From an uncultured virus (IMG/VR IMGVR_UViG_3300025010_000041) (taxonomy: Duplodnaviria; Heunggongvirae; Uroviricota; Caudoviricetes): a stretch of DNA of 64,000 nt. The translations under genes were made by a program, and so were the position numbers. The stretch lies in the IMG/VR virus record IMGVR_UViG_3300025010_000041; one strand, written 5' to 3'. The stretch's first letter is position 1. Each line of letters opens with the position of its first letter. This document shows positions 19,666 through 30,765 of the stretch, piece after piece. The notes under the pieces are model-generated. The model was not told the origin of the DNA, made no database searches, and was given only the letters and a program-made list of their open reading frames with translations.

Positions 19666-19710
19666 ATGATAACAATTTTCAAGAAACATAATACGGAGCG
19701 TGTCGAATGA
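19666..19710 (+). CDS. 14-aa leader ORF MITIFKKHNTERVE
   Basis: AGAGGA RBS after the promoter; its stop overlaps ATG 19707. Confidence 0.5.
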   Translation: MITIFKKHNTERVE

Positions 19711-21384
19711 CCGGCTTATTTGAGCGCGGCAAGTGCGGGCATTTGGGGCGCTATTTCGTCGAGATAGACGGGCAGGAAGTCTGTCCGCTATGCGAAATCA
19801 GGCGAGCGGGAACGACTGCCGCCTGTGGACACGAGGCCCGATTTACAGCCACCCTGGTCGGGGCCGAGGGAACCCGCGAAGTCTGCACGGTCTGCGAGAT
19901 CGGGCGGCTGGCCGAGTTGGTACGAAACCCACCCTACGCCATTTGCTATAAGTGCGGTGAAGTGCTGATTGGTGACAATCTGAAGCGGAGTAACACTGCA
20001 AGCGGCCCCGAGACTGAGGAAGTGACGATCTGCGAGGACTGCAACGATTGGAGCGACAAATGACAAGCCTACCCGATAGCCTCATGCTGGCCCTGACAGC
20101 CTCTTGTATTGTCCCTGCGGTAGTGGTCATGGTCGGGGCCATGATCCTGTCCGCTATGTTCCCCCGGCGCGCCACGCGCCGTGAAGTTCCTACTCTCTAC
20201 CGGAGGCGATAATGACTAAGCACTTGTGGACGGACGAAACGGATACCGTCATTGCCGAGAATGAGCAGGACGCTGACGCCGTTTGGGAATACTTCACCGG
20301 CGACACGCATGACTCAGGCGAATACCCCTGGCGGCAGATACCTGATGACAAGTTGTTTTCCGTGATGCTTGATGACGAACTGAAACCGGAGTATCTTCCG
20401 GAGGGTGCGGTTATCCGCCTTCTTGAAGATGACGAAGGCTACCCGTTTACCGTTGAGGTTGCGGCACCGGCGAGCGCCTGGGTCAATGCGAAGTTCAGCG
20501 ACGGGTTTGTGTGCTCAACGGAGTATTGATTATGACACAACAAGAGTTTCAAAAGATCAAAGATCGAGACGAAGCATGTAAAGCTGGGCGACGCATTCGC
20601 GACGCCGGACAGTTTGCCGAACGAGACCGGTCAACCCTGATTGCAGAAATCGAACGGCTGTGGAACCGCGACTTCAAAGCGGTTGGTAAAGAGGCGTTGG
20701 CAAAAGCGATTGACCCGAACGCCGCCCTGGTCACCAAACTGTCTGCCCTACTGGTCGAAATGGAGGCGGCAGGGTTTGAAATCGCCGTAGAGACAAACAC
20801 TCACATGCAAACGTGGCAAGAGTGGGAAGCGCACCCCGTGGCGGTTATCAAAGTCAAGAATTGCGAGGTTGGGTATATCAACGACCCGACTTCTCTGAGG
20901 TATCTATGCCTACCGGAATGAATAAAATCTGTTGGCTGATGGGCCACAAATGGGTTTACACAGGCAACACCGGCGATGACGCTGAGTATTGCGGGCGCTG
21001 TGGAATTGACGTTCAAACACTGGACGCCTACGAGGGGCTGTCCGGCGGCCTGCACCTGTCTCACGTTGGCAGTTATCTGCTAACAATCACGTACTACCGG
21101 CTGCGGCGGTTTTTCTTTGTCCGCTGTAATTACTGCGGCAAGCCGGAAAGTATCCTGTTTTGGAAGATTGGCAACCACGATCATATTCCGTTTTAGGAGG
21201 CGAAATGACTGAGCGACAAAAAGAGGCGATTGAAGCCGTCCGGCTGGCGCTGATGCGCTGCGAACAAGAGGGGCTAACCGTTGGATTGGGCCGGATCAAC
21301 GGCGAAACGTTGATTGCACTCCCGGACGCCAGGTACACAAGCGGCGAGGGAGTTGGATCGCTGCGGGCAGTTGACCATGCCTAA
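19707..21384 (+). other. Six small hypothetical genes (19707-20063 Cys-rich, 20060-20212 TM, 20212-20529, 20532-20921, 20918-21196, 21205-21384)
   Basis: Coupled starts and stops; 20918 has C..GHxW..C..C like 31399. Confidence 0.7.
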
Positions 21385-21829
21385 CGTGATTGACGCCGAT
21401 CTATTCGCTCCTCAGTCGGGGCGCTATGTCCTGACCGCAACCACCAACGGCGCGGTGACCAATCGTCTAATCATGGGCGCTGGCGCGGCGAGAGAGTTGC
21501 TGACGCGCTTCCCTGGCCTGGACGCCGACGCGGCGATGGCTATCCGCAATACCGGAATGCTGCACGGCGACTTCTGGCAGTACGGCTTTGTGATGATCCA
21601 GCGAGCGCGACCGATTGGCCTGTTCCAAACGAAATACGACTGGAGCGGCAAGAGCGACTTGAAACTGATCGAATATTCCTGCGCTAAACTATGCGAATGG
21701 CTTTGTTGGAACCCCGGCTGGAATATCCGCATGAATTACCCCGGTATCGGCTTAGGCGGGCTGCATGAGCGCCAGGTCTGGCCGCTGCTACAAGATTTAC
21801 CCGAAAGTGTGACAATATGCAAAAGATAG
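21377..21829 (+). CDS. Macrodomain (ADP-ribose-processing) protein
   Basis: TTNG..MGAGAA, FQTKYDW..S....I, PGIGLGGL..V. Confidence 0.8.
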   Translation: MPNVIDADLFAPQSGRYVLTATTNGAVTNRLIMGAGAARELLTRFPGLDADAAMAIRNTGMLHGDFWQYGFVMIQRARPIGLFQTKYDWSGKSDLKLIEYSCAKLCEWLCWNPGWNIRMNYPGIGLGGLHERQVWPLLQDLPESVTICKR

Positions 21830-22230
21830 CTAACTCAATCCTGCTGATACTTTTCGTAGCGGTGATGATTTCTCCCGCTGCGGCCTGGGCAGATGCCTAC
21901 ACAGAGACGGCCCCCGTTCAATCTTCCGGCCCGTTTTATGACACGGGTCAGTTCGCCGGATCGCTGCTCTTGCAGAGTGGCGAGATCGTAGTCTGCTACG
22001 CCACAAACCAGTCGCTCACCTGTTACCTGTACGGCCCGGAACCGGAGATTGTCTACGGCGGACAGGTCGGCATGTGGGAGGCAGAGTCTATTCTGCTCCA
22101 GGGCTGCGGACAAACCGCCTGGGTAACAGTTCGCGGCGACGGCGTGACGGTCTTTTCGTTTGCGCTGCCAGGGACGGTAGCCGAGTGCAACGATCCGAGC
22201 CGGGTCTTTTACCCGCTGGTGGTGAAGTGA
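21817..22230 (+). CDS. Secreted protein
   Basis: Signal peptide ending AAAWA; C-terminal RVFYPLVVK. Confidence 0.7.
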   Translation: MQKIANSILLILFVAVMISPAAAWADAYTETAPVQSSGPFYDTGQFAGSLLLQSGEIVVCYATNQSLTCYLYGPEPEIVYGGQVGMWEAESILLQGCGQTAWVTVRGDGVTVFSFALPGTVAECNDPSRVFYPLVVK

Positions 22231-23336
22231 AACGAGTCGCCACCCTCTTTAGTGGCGGTGAGTTGGCCGGTATCGGTATTCACCAGGCGGGCTATGAACT
22301 GGCCTGGGGCCTGGAACTGCTGCCAGAGATCGCGGCGGTTGCAATGCACAACCTGGGGCATAACGTTTATGTCGGGTCGATCCTGGACTATGACCCGCAT
22401 AATTTCCCGGCGGTAGACGGGCTGCACGCCTCCCCGCCCTGTCCCTCGTTTTCGGTAGCCAATCACGGCGGCGTAGAGACGGAGTTGGATAAGGCGCTGG
22501 CACACGCGACCGCCTGGTTTATCCGGGTGCTAAAACCGGAGTTTGTGACCATCGAAAACGTGACCGCGTACCGCAAGTCGGAGAGTTATGCCAAAATATT
22601 AGGTGCGCTTGAGGACATGGGTTATTTTGTGGACGCCCGGAACTATCTCGCCTCGAATTACGGTGTACCGCAATCGCGCAGACGGCTGATCGTCCGAGCC
22701 TCGCGCGGGCTGTTCCGCGAAGTCGGGCGCAAGCCTGGCGGCGGTTGGTATGCGGCAGTGGAAGATTTATTGCCAGGCTGCCCGGACGATGAGCTTGCCG
22801 ACTGGCAGATCAAAGCAATCGAGAGAGACGGCGGCGTGCTTGGTTCGCTGCTGGTCGAAAGCAGGAACTCACACACGGTCAGTCAGGCGAGAGTTACCAG
22901 ACCACAGCACGAGGGAGCGTGGGTTGTCGCGGGAGAAACGCACATGCCTCGCGCCGTGCTTGTGCAGTCGAAAAACGCGAACAAGCAAAGCGGCGCGCCG
23001 ATCAGTAGAGATCAGGACACTCCGGCTTTTGTGACCATGACCAATCACCCGCCGCGAGTAGTGCTGATTGACGGCAACAACGCCGATCCAAACGGTACAA
23101 TCTCTACCAGAGAGGCAACCGAATCGGCGCTGACTATCACAAGCGCACGGTCATCGGCGCTGCCGCGTGCGGTGGTGGACGGCGTGCGAACCGTGCAGCT
23201 TACGCCCCGCTGCCTGGCGCGTTTTCAAACCGTCCCCGATTGGTACGAGTTGCCCGAAAAGCGGGCGCTGGCAATCAAGATACTTGGCAACGGTGTCCCA
23301 TGTGAACTTATGCGGCGGGTGTGGGTAAGTTTCTAA
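22227..23336 (+). CDS. DNA (cytosine-5) methyltransferase
   Basis: LFSGG, SPPCPSFS, ENV, PQSRRR, LTPRCLARFQ, GNGVP. Confidence 0.95.
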   Translation: MKRVATLFSGGELAGIGIHQAGYELAWGLELLPEIAAVAMHNLGHNVYVGSILDYDPHNFPAVDGLHASPPCPSFSVANHGGVETELDKALAHATAWFIRVLKPEFVTIENVTAYRKSESYAKILGALEDMGYFVDARNYLASNYGVPQSRRRLIVRASRGLFREVGRKPGGGWYAAVEDLLPGCPDDELADWQIKAIERDGGVLGSLLVESRNSHTVSQARVTRPQHEGAWVVAGETHMPRAVLVQSKNANKQSGAPISRDQDTPAFVTMTNHPPRVVLIDGNNADPNGTISTREATESALTITSARSSALPRAVVDGVRTVQLTPRCLARFQTVPDWYELPEKRALAIKILGNGVPCELMRRVWVSF

Positions 23337-23358
23337 CACCCCTCCCCACTTTCCCCCT

Positions 23359-23392
23359 CTCGCTCCCCGAAAACACCGGGGAGCGACTTTTT
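23359..23392 (+). terminator. Intrinsic terminator
   Basis: TCGCTCCCCG/CGGGGAGCGA then T-tract. Confidence 0.8.
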
Positions 23393-23493
23393 GCACAACC
23401 AGGGTAAATCTTGCCCCTGGACGCCATTATTTACGGTAAAAATTCAACGCTACAACCGAACAGGTATCCAAGTACGCAAAAACCCTAAAAACG

Positions 23494-23526
23494 CTCTACG
23501 GGCTTCCTGTGGGCATTTGGAGGCAT
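23494..23526 (+). repeat. GGGCTTCCTGTGG element, copy 1
   Basis: 19-bp identity with 53081-53099; 16-bp identity with 51300-51315. Confidence 0.8.
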
Positions 23527-23640
23527 ATCCATTTTGGCGACTTTGACGGAAAAACGAGCGCCGGAAGTCAGTTTGGCGGCAAATGATTGGCGAGGTTGAA
23601 AGAAACCACCGACCATGCCAAAAACAGGGAATTTGAGTGT

Positions 23641-23721
23641 TTTTCTTCGCATAGATTAATGTTTTCGCGCGCTTTACTTAATATAGATTCTTATTAAGTA
23701 CAGCGCGCGAAAAGGTTGATT
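23641..23721. repeat. AT-rich palindromic element, copy 2
   Basis: TTTTCGCGCGCTTTACTTAATA-TAGATTCT-TATTAAGTACAGCGCGCGAAAA. Confidence 0.95.
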
Positions 23722-23743
23722 AGGGTAAACGAAAAACGCACTC

Positions 23744-23772
23744 TTGACACGCTATTTTGATTATGGTAAACT
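23744..23772 (+). promoter_or_regulatory. CTTGA-box promoter (TTTGA variant)
   Basis: TTGACA-17-TAAACT. Confidence 0.9.
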
Positions 23773-23793
23773 CATTGCAAGAGGAAAATAACC

Positions 23794-25878
23794 ATGAGTA
23801 ACTTTCGAGATAACCGCAAAACTTATTCCGCCAAATCCCCGATCCAGGGGATGAGCCAGGCTGCCGGAGAGGCCGAGTACGCCGATCCGAATTCGAGCTA
23901 CTGGCGTCAAGAAGTGGACGCCTGCAAAGATCGGATTGCCGCTCTGCCAATTGGCTACGAAGAAAAAAGCGCCGTTGTTGAAAAGCACCTGCCCGGTTAC
24001 ATTGGCGACAAGTCCTGGCAGTGGATCGCCTGCCAGTTTGAGAAAGTTTTTGAAGAACTGAACGGAGGTGCGAAATGACATTCGCTGAACAGTTCGCCAA
24101 AATGGCCGCCGCCCGTCCCGACCTGGCCGTCAAGTTGACGCCGGAGCAGCAAGCGCAAGCGGATAAAATGGGCGCTGAGACTGCCGCCATGTACCTGGCA
24201 GAGCGCGAAGCCGCCGCGCCCAATCATTTCCCGCTGATGACCGCCGACACAATGGCCCACGGCACCGGCGGCAAGTATTATCACGGTTTTACGTATGACG
24301 CCCGGCTTTCGAGCGACAAAGCAATCTGCGGAGCGCGACCAGGACGGCGCGGTTATTGGGGATCGTATTTTGGTGACGCCGTCACCTGCCCACGTTGTTT
24401 GAAGAAATTGGAGGCGAAGTGAAAATCATTCCCGGTTGGAATAAGTCTGTGCCGTTTTACTCGTGGGAGGGAAACTTCCACGCCATAGACGTTACCACTA
24501 TCAACACCCAACAGACACCCTCGTTTGAGTTGGCTTGTGCGATTGACGATATCGCGGAGGATTTGTTCGCTTACCGCGATTTTACTGACAGCAGTTTGCC
24601 TTACGCGGACGCTGGCGAAACCTACCGGAGCAAATTTATTTTCCGGTCTGCCGCTGACTGCGAGAAATTCCGGGCGCTGTATGAAGCGGATCGGAAGGCG
24701 AAGTGAAACGCCTCCACATTCGCGGCGAGCGCCCTACCGTGACCGGTCAGGGTAAAGCAATTCCTGCCGATTGGCAAATTCACAATGCCCACCGCCCACT
24801 GCTGGCGAGTTGGTGGAACGGCAACTGTCTGACCTGGAGCAGTCCGAGTCACCCGATCAACGGAATGCACTTCGCCGCGGTTGACCCGGCTGACCTTATC
24901 ACCATCGGCTACAACGAACGCCAGGACGCGGTCGAGTTGATCTTCCACAGCCGGATCGAAATCGAAGCCTGGGTATTCGATTACCTGCGGGCATACGGCG
25001 CGGCAGAAGTGGACATGCCGACCACGGATAGCGAGTTCGACCACTACTTTTTCGCTCACCACGGAGGCCCCGTATGAAACTCCCCGCCAACCCTACCCTC
25101 GAAGATATGACCAAAGATCAGCTTATCTACCTGATCCGCTACGAAATGTTTGTCCACATTCCAGTCGCCAACCGGCTGGCCGCTACGATCTGGCATGTTG
25201 AAGCCGAGGCCCTAAAAAAGCGGCAAGAAAAGAACCTGGCCGAAGGCAATCGCCTGACGCGGGAGTGTCAAGCCGCCGTTGGGACTCACTTGACCAAAGC
25301 GCGCAAAGCGTACATGGCGAACACGGCAGAGTGGAGCAAACTGCAAGCGGAGTGGGACGCGCTGAACAAATATTTTGATACCGTTGTTTGCCCGAAAGAG
25401 AAGGCGGCATGACCACCCCTCTCCACCGCTGCTTTCTGTTCAACGAAATCCCCGGCACCCACCCGCGCTGGACGGTTGCAGTCATGGCAATGTCCATCAC
25501 GGACGCCCGCCAACACGTCAAGACCGCTTTTGGTGGCGGGAAGTTCGTAATCGAGGCCCACCCCGGCAAAGTGACCGCCGACTGCGGCAGCACTACCGAA
25601 GCGGCGCAGTTGGCAATCCGAGCGCAGAACGAGAGGAACTATCGGGGGCAAGAATGACCAAAAGAGCGAGAGGCGAAGTCCGCCGCATGTTGATCGCCAT
25701 ATCCGAAGTGCAAACAATGATCGGCGCGGCGAAATCATGGCATGAAAATGACCGCTCTCCGCACGCCTGGGAGAACGGACAAAAGCTGCTAATCGAGGCA
25801 TTCCAACTCTGCATAAGCATTACAAGCGACTATGATCCCGCCGACTTTGACCCGGCGCTAATGGACGGTGACAAGTGA
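23794..25878 (+). other. Seven small hypothetical genes (23794-24078, 24075-24422, 24419-24706, 24703-25077, 25074-25412, 25409-25657, 25654-25878)
   Basis: Consecutive 4-nt ATGA/GTGA overlaps. Confidence 0.8.
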
Positions 25879-26876
25879 CCCCGTTTGACGTTGACCGCCT
25901 CATGGCCCGCATAGAGGAGTTCAACCGGATCGCTGAACAACAGAACGCCGAATTGGAGGCGATGCTTGACGAGATTGACCCCGACTGGAAAGAGCGGGCC
26001 GAAGCCGAGAAGCGAGAGAAAGCCGCCGCCAAAATCGAGCGCCGGTCATCCAAGAAGCCTGCGCCGGTTGTAACCGAAACCAAAGAGGAACCAATGCCAA
26101 GAGGAAATCTGATAGACAGTGACGTGCTTGCCATTTTGAAGCAAGCCACCACAAACGGAAACTTGCTGTACATTCCGAAAGAGCGTCTCGAACGCGGTCT
26201 TTACGAACGCTTCAACGAGGTGCTTTCTCGCCTGGGCGGGAAGTGGAAAGGCGGCAAAACTCAAGCCCACGTATTCGATGATCCTGCCGGCCCATTGCTG
26301 GCAGAAGTTCTCGCCACCGGCCTAATGCCACCCGACAATCCGCTGGACTTCTACCGCACGCCGGAGTCGCTTGCCGAGCGCCTGGCGCAACTGGTAAGTG
26401 GGCAGCGACTTCTCGAACCGTCTGCCGGGGACGGTGCGATTGTCCGGGCGCTGCTGAAAGTTCACCCCACCGCCGAAATCACCGCCGTGGAAGTTGAGCC
26501 GAAGCGAGCCGAGAAACTGCGGGCGCTGAGCGTGACGGTTATCGAGGGTGACTTCCTCGCTCACCACGGCGAGTATGACGGTGTGGCAATGAACCCGCCG
26601 TTTACACTCCCCGGCGACAAGCTGGCTTATATCGCCCACGTCAAGCACGCCTGGAGCCTATTGGTTGCGGGCGGAACGCTGGCTGCGATTGTGCCCGCCG
26701 GGATCGAGTTCAGAGACGACACCAAAACCACCGCCCTGCGGGAGTTGATCTTGCAGCACGGAACGATTGAACGCCTGCCGGTTGAGACGTTCAAAGAGTC
26801 TGGTACAAGCGTAGCCACGGCGCTGGTTACTATGCGAAAAACCGAAGTTGTGAAGGGACAAATGAAACTGCTATGA
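25875..26876 (+). CDS. DNA adenine (N6) methyltransferase, gamma-type motif order
   Basis: FYRTP, LLEPSAGDG, GDFL, AMNPPF, FKESGT; possible internal start at 26093. Confidence 0.9.
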   Translation: MTPFDVDRLMARIEEFNRIAEQQNAELEAMLDEIDPDWKERAEAEKREKAAAKIERRSSKKPAPVVTETKEEPMPRGNLIDSDVLAILKQATTNGNLLYIPKERLERGLYERFNEVLSRLGGKWKGGKTQAHVFDDPAGPLLAEVLATGLMPPDNPLDFYRTPESLAERLAQLVSGQRLLEPSAGDGAIVRALLKVHPTAEITAVEVEPKRAEKLRALSVTVIEGDFLAHHGEYDGVAMNPPFTLPGDKLAYIAHVKHAWSLLVAGGTLAAIVPAGIEFRDDTKTTALRELILQHGTIERLPVETFKESGTSVATALVTMRKTEVVKGQMKLL

Positions 26877-27016
26877 AAACTCGAATTTACTTTCTCTTGC
26901 TGGCAATCGCGATTGTCTTTATCCGCCTGGCCCGTCCGCTGGCACCAAAGATCGTTGACCCCGCCTGCGGCACCGCTAACTTTCTGAGCAATCCGCCGTT
27001 TGGATGTGACAAGTGA
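26873..27016 (+). CDS. 47-aa peptide: hydrophobic N-terminus plus collapsed MTase motifs (IVDPACGTANFL-SNPPFG)
   Basis: Hand translation MKTRIYFLLLAIAIVFIRLARPLAPKIVDPACGTANFLSNPPFGCDK; 4-nt overlaps at both ends. Confidence 0.7.
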   Translation: MKTRIYFLLLAIAIVFIRLARPLAPKIVDPACGTANFLSNPPFGCDK

Positions 27017-28744
27017 CAGACCTGAAACGTATTGCCGACGCGTTGGAGCGGATCGCCAGAGCAATGGAGCGCAACTCGCCACCCCCGAAAACTCAGCACG
27101 AATATCAGGTAGAGCGTGAGTTTGACCTGGTTGCAGATAGAATGTTTCTAACCCCCCGCCCTGGCGGAACTATTTTTACTGACGGCGTAAATATGGCGTA
27201 TGTCTGCCGGTTCTGCAACAAAGAAATAATCTCAAAACCCGGCGACCCCGCCCACAACTGCCGGGAGCCGAAGCCATGAACCACCCTATCGAAATTCTCA
27301 CTGACGCCGCCGAACGCTGGCAGCGTGACACCGCCGCCATTGACTCTGCCGTTAGCATGGTCAAAGCGGGGGTTTACGACACGTTGCAGATCAAAGCCTG
27401 GGACATTTCCGAGGCGACACGCTTCAAAAATTACATCACCAACAAGTACCCCGACTTTACCGATTATCACATTTCCTGGCTTGTGAGAGGCTGAGAATGG
27501 ACGAAACCGAAAACAAACTCGAAGAAATCCTGACCCCCGTTCCTGTTCCGCCAGAAACAGCGGAGCGCCTGCGGGTGCTGATCGAAGCCGACGCCAATGA
27601 GTTCAATCAAGCACTGGCTAAGGCAATGTTAGCCGACAACCCGTTTGTGAACGCCGTCAACGGATCGCCGTCATGGGACAGTGAAGCGCAACCAGCCGCG
27701 AACACCGTCAAGCAGGGTTACTCGTTTGGCACGCCTGGAGCCGACGCCCTGGCCGAAGCCGCGACGCTGGCCGGCGAAATGACAGCGGAAGCATGGGGAG
27801 AGGTAGGGCGCAAAATGGCCGAGGAAATTGACCGCCTAACCCGCGCTATTCTGGGAATAGATTGGGCAATGGGAGATTCCAAAACTACCTCGTTCACCGT
27901 GGATAAGTTCGGCAAGTTGCTGCGGGAATACCGCCTGCCCTGGTGGACATGGGAGAGAAAGCGGAGTGGCAAGCGCCGTCATAACTGGACTAAACGACGC
28001 CAGAAGTGCCGCGCTGGAAAGTGGGGGCGAAAGTGAACGCTCAGGACAGGAAAGAACCTGCTGAAATTGTTAGGGAAATACAATCCACCTATCGGGCGCT
28101 GCGAGAAGATACCACCGTCACGTGGTATGTGACCGGAGGGCATAAACCGCCAGAAGAAATCAGGGGGCATCTCAACAAATACTTCAACAAGTATTTTTCT
28201 CTCCACGTAGACCGCCGTCATAAGCGTCACAATTGGCCGCTCAGGCGAAAGAAAGTCGCCAGCGGGAAATGGGGGCGAAAGTGACAAAGCGAGAATCGCC
28301 CATCACCCGCCACGTCAATTATGACGCCGTGTGTCCTGTGTGCAAAGTTCGCTTTCACGTCAGGGGAATTTTCACCCTGGCGCAATGGGAAGATTACAGA
28401 CGGCGCACCCGTCATACCAGCGACTACGGCACAAGCGAGGTTTACGAGTGGTGCGATAAATGCTTGAAAGCGGAGGCCCAAAAGTGAAGATCAACCACCC
28501 CAAATATTTTCTCTACGCCACGGAGATTGAACCGGCCAAAAATCTGCCTGGTGACGAGTTCAACAATACCAACAGCGAGACCCTGAAAGAGTTCCGCGGT
28601 GACAGGCGGCAGTTCCACGATTATCTTGACACCCCTGCCGGTTACGCCGCGGCTGTATTCATGCGCCTGCAATCGCCTGTCCTGATCCATATTCGAGACT
28701 CTGACCTGGCAGTCAAACTCTGGCCGCAAGTCAATCTCAATTAG
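27013..28744 (+). other. Six small hypothetical genes (27013-27279, 27276-27494, 27497-28036, 28033-28284, 28281-28487, 28484-28744)
   Basis: Coupled overlaps. Confidence 0.75.
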
Positions 28745-28747
28745 TCT

Positions 28748-28764
28748 CTTGATTGTGGTATAAT
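28748..28764 (+). promoter_or_regulatory. CTTGA-box extended -10 promoter lacking TTGACA
   Basis: CTTGATTGTGGTATAAT, GGAGGA RBS, ATG 28784. Confidence 0.85.
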
Positions 28765-28783
28765 CAAAGTGGAGGAACAAACC

Positions 28784-29795
28784 ATGAGCAATTTCACACA
28801 CAAAATCCAGGGAGTTGTCAATAAAGACGCCGCGAGGCGCGACTACCTGACAATCGGCGCGCTGGCCCTGCACCTGGGGCTTGACGTTCCGCCGATTGGC
28901 ATGGAATGGGGCTGGCGCCGGATCGACAAAGTGATCGCCGGTCTCAAAGAAGCGGTCAACGACAAAATGGGCTGGCAGATCGAATGGGTCTATGACCTGG
29001 TTAGCAAAGAGGTCAAACCCGGAACCGAGGCTGCACGCGCTGCGCTGGCAGAGGCGGTCAAACTGGTGGTCGCGGCCCAGAACGGCAAAGACAAGACGCT
29101 ACGAGTGGTCAAGAAAGAGGAAATGCCCGGAACGAAAGAGGCCAAACCATGAAAACCCCTCTCTGTCCTGGTTGCCGTCAACCCGTAGAGTTATGGGAGC
29201 GCAACGATATTCACAATGCGGTCTGCATGACCTGTAATATCATGGGCTACGCCGGGAACAGCCCCGCCGACGCCTGCCACCGCTTCAACGCGGGCGGAAG
29301 ATCGTATCATGCACACGCCGATCTGGAGATACTGCGCCTGACCATTGCCGCCGAAGGTGCGCTGGCCCTGATTGACGAGCTTACTCAGTTTGTCGCTACA
29401 GAAGGCGCATTGAGACAAATTCGATTGCTTGACAAGCGCGATGAGTTGCTGCGCGTGTTGGAGGCCCGACCATGAGCGTAAACGACGATATCAACCGACT
29501 GGTAAAACAGTTCCTAAAAGATCGCCGCCCGTCCAATGGGGGGTGGGCAGAAGTAACCGACGACGACATGCGCCAATTGAGTCAAATCATTGATCTACTC
29601 ATTGAGGCAAAATCGGAATTAGACCCGGACGGCGACCAGACGATTGAATACATCCTGGTCAATCGCCGGGTAGAACGTATGTCGCCATTCTACCCGATTG
29701 AGTACAACGATAAAAATCCGGGAGGGCATGCGTATGCAAATCTGCGTATTGCTCAGGAAGAATTTGACACTTTCATGCGAAGGGCCCGACCATGA
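28784..29795 (+). other. Three small genes (28784-29152; 29149-29475 Lar-like Zn ribbon; 29472-29795)
   Basis: CPGC..CMTC..A..FN pattern in 29149. Confidence 0.7.
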
Positions 29796-30385
29796 GCGGC
29801 ATTCCGTTCTCCGCTGATATGGTGATCGCCAATCTCGAAGGCCGCAAAGACATGACGCGGCGGGTTGTCACTCCCTCCCGTTACATGCGCAAGTATGCTG
29901 TGGATCGTTGGGGCGGCATGACTGTAATCGAGTTGAATAACGCCGCTGCTACCGCCGCTCAGGTTGGGATCAACCAGATCGCCGCCGGTAACGAAACCTG
30001 GCCCTGGCCGTGTCCCTACGGCAAGCCGGGTGACACTACCTACGGCAAAGAGGCGCTTATTCCCACTTTTGCGGGAGGCGTTGAGGCCATCATGTACGCC
30101 GCCGACAAGAGCTTTGTCACAACGAACGGCGCTTATCATGTCTGGCAGTGGAAAGTTCGCACCCTGCCGTCAATCTTCATGCCTCGCTTCCTCTCGCGCT
30201 TGGCGCTGATTATCAGAGAGGTTCGAGTTGAGCGGTTGTTGGCTATCACTGACGGTGACGCCCGGCGAGAGGGCTTCGCTGACCGGGAACACTTCCTGGC
30301 CTATTGGGACAAACTGAACGGCAAACGGGGGTTCGAGAGCAAAGTCAACCCCTGGGTTTGGGTGATCGGGTACGAGGTGGAATGA
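29792..30385 (+). CDS. ASCH/PUA-like domain protein
   Basis: GRKDMTRR, CPYGKPGD, PSIFMPR, VERL..I...DA..EG, NPWVWVI. Confidence 0.85.
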   Translation: MSGIPFSADMVIANLEGRKDMTRRVVTPSRYMRKYAVDRWGGMTVIELNNAAATAAQVGINQIAAGNETWPWPCPYGKPGDTTYGKEALIPTFAGGVEAIMYAADKSFVTTNGAYHVWQWKVRTLPSIFMPRFLSRLALIIREVRVERLLAITDGDARREGFADREHFLAYWDKLNGKRGFESKVNPWVWVIGYEVE

Positions 30386-30765
30386 TGATGACCGAAGAAG
30401 AACTGGCAGAGATCAAAGCCCTGAACGCGGCGAGAACGCCGGGAAAGTGGATCGTTGGCTATTACATAAGCAAATGCGTGCTTGACCATTCTCCGCACGG
30501 TCAGGGACAGTGTGATCCTCGCGTGTGGACGCACGTAAAAAACGGGCCAGCAAGACACAAAATCTGCGTTGAAGTGCCGATTGGTACGCCCCATGACGAA
30601 ATTGAAATCGTCGCCGGGAGTTACGACGTGGACTGCGGCGGGATCGTCAATCCTCAAGACGCCGAGTTTATCGCCCGCATGAGTACCGCTATCCCCGAAA
30701 TGATTGACGAAATCGAGCGGCTGAAAGAGAGAATATCCGACTTGGAGGCCGACCATGCCATATAA
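30382..30765 (+). CDS. Ead/Ea22-like protein
   Basis: TPGKW ... DAEFIA....P..IDEIERL. Confidence 0.7.
   Translation: MMMTEEELAEIKALNAARTPGKWIVGYYISKCVLDHSPHGQGQCDPRVWTHVKNGPARHKICVEVPIGTPHDEIEIVAGSYDVDCGGIVNPQDAEFIARMSTAIPEMIDEIERLKERISDLEADHAI

Noticed and set aside
23645..23665. TTCGCATAGATTAATGTT resembles XerC/XerD dif half-sites
   Set aside because: The 6-bp central spacer is missing, so it is not a canonical 28-bp dif.
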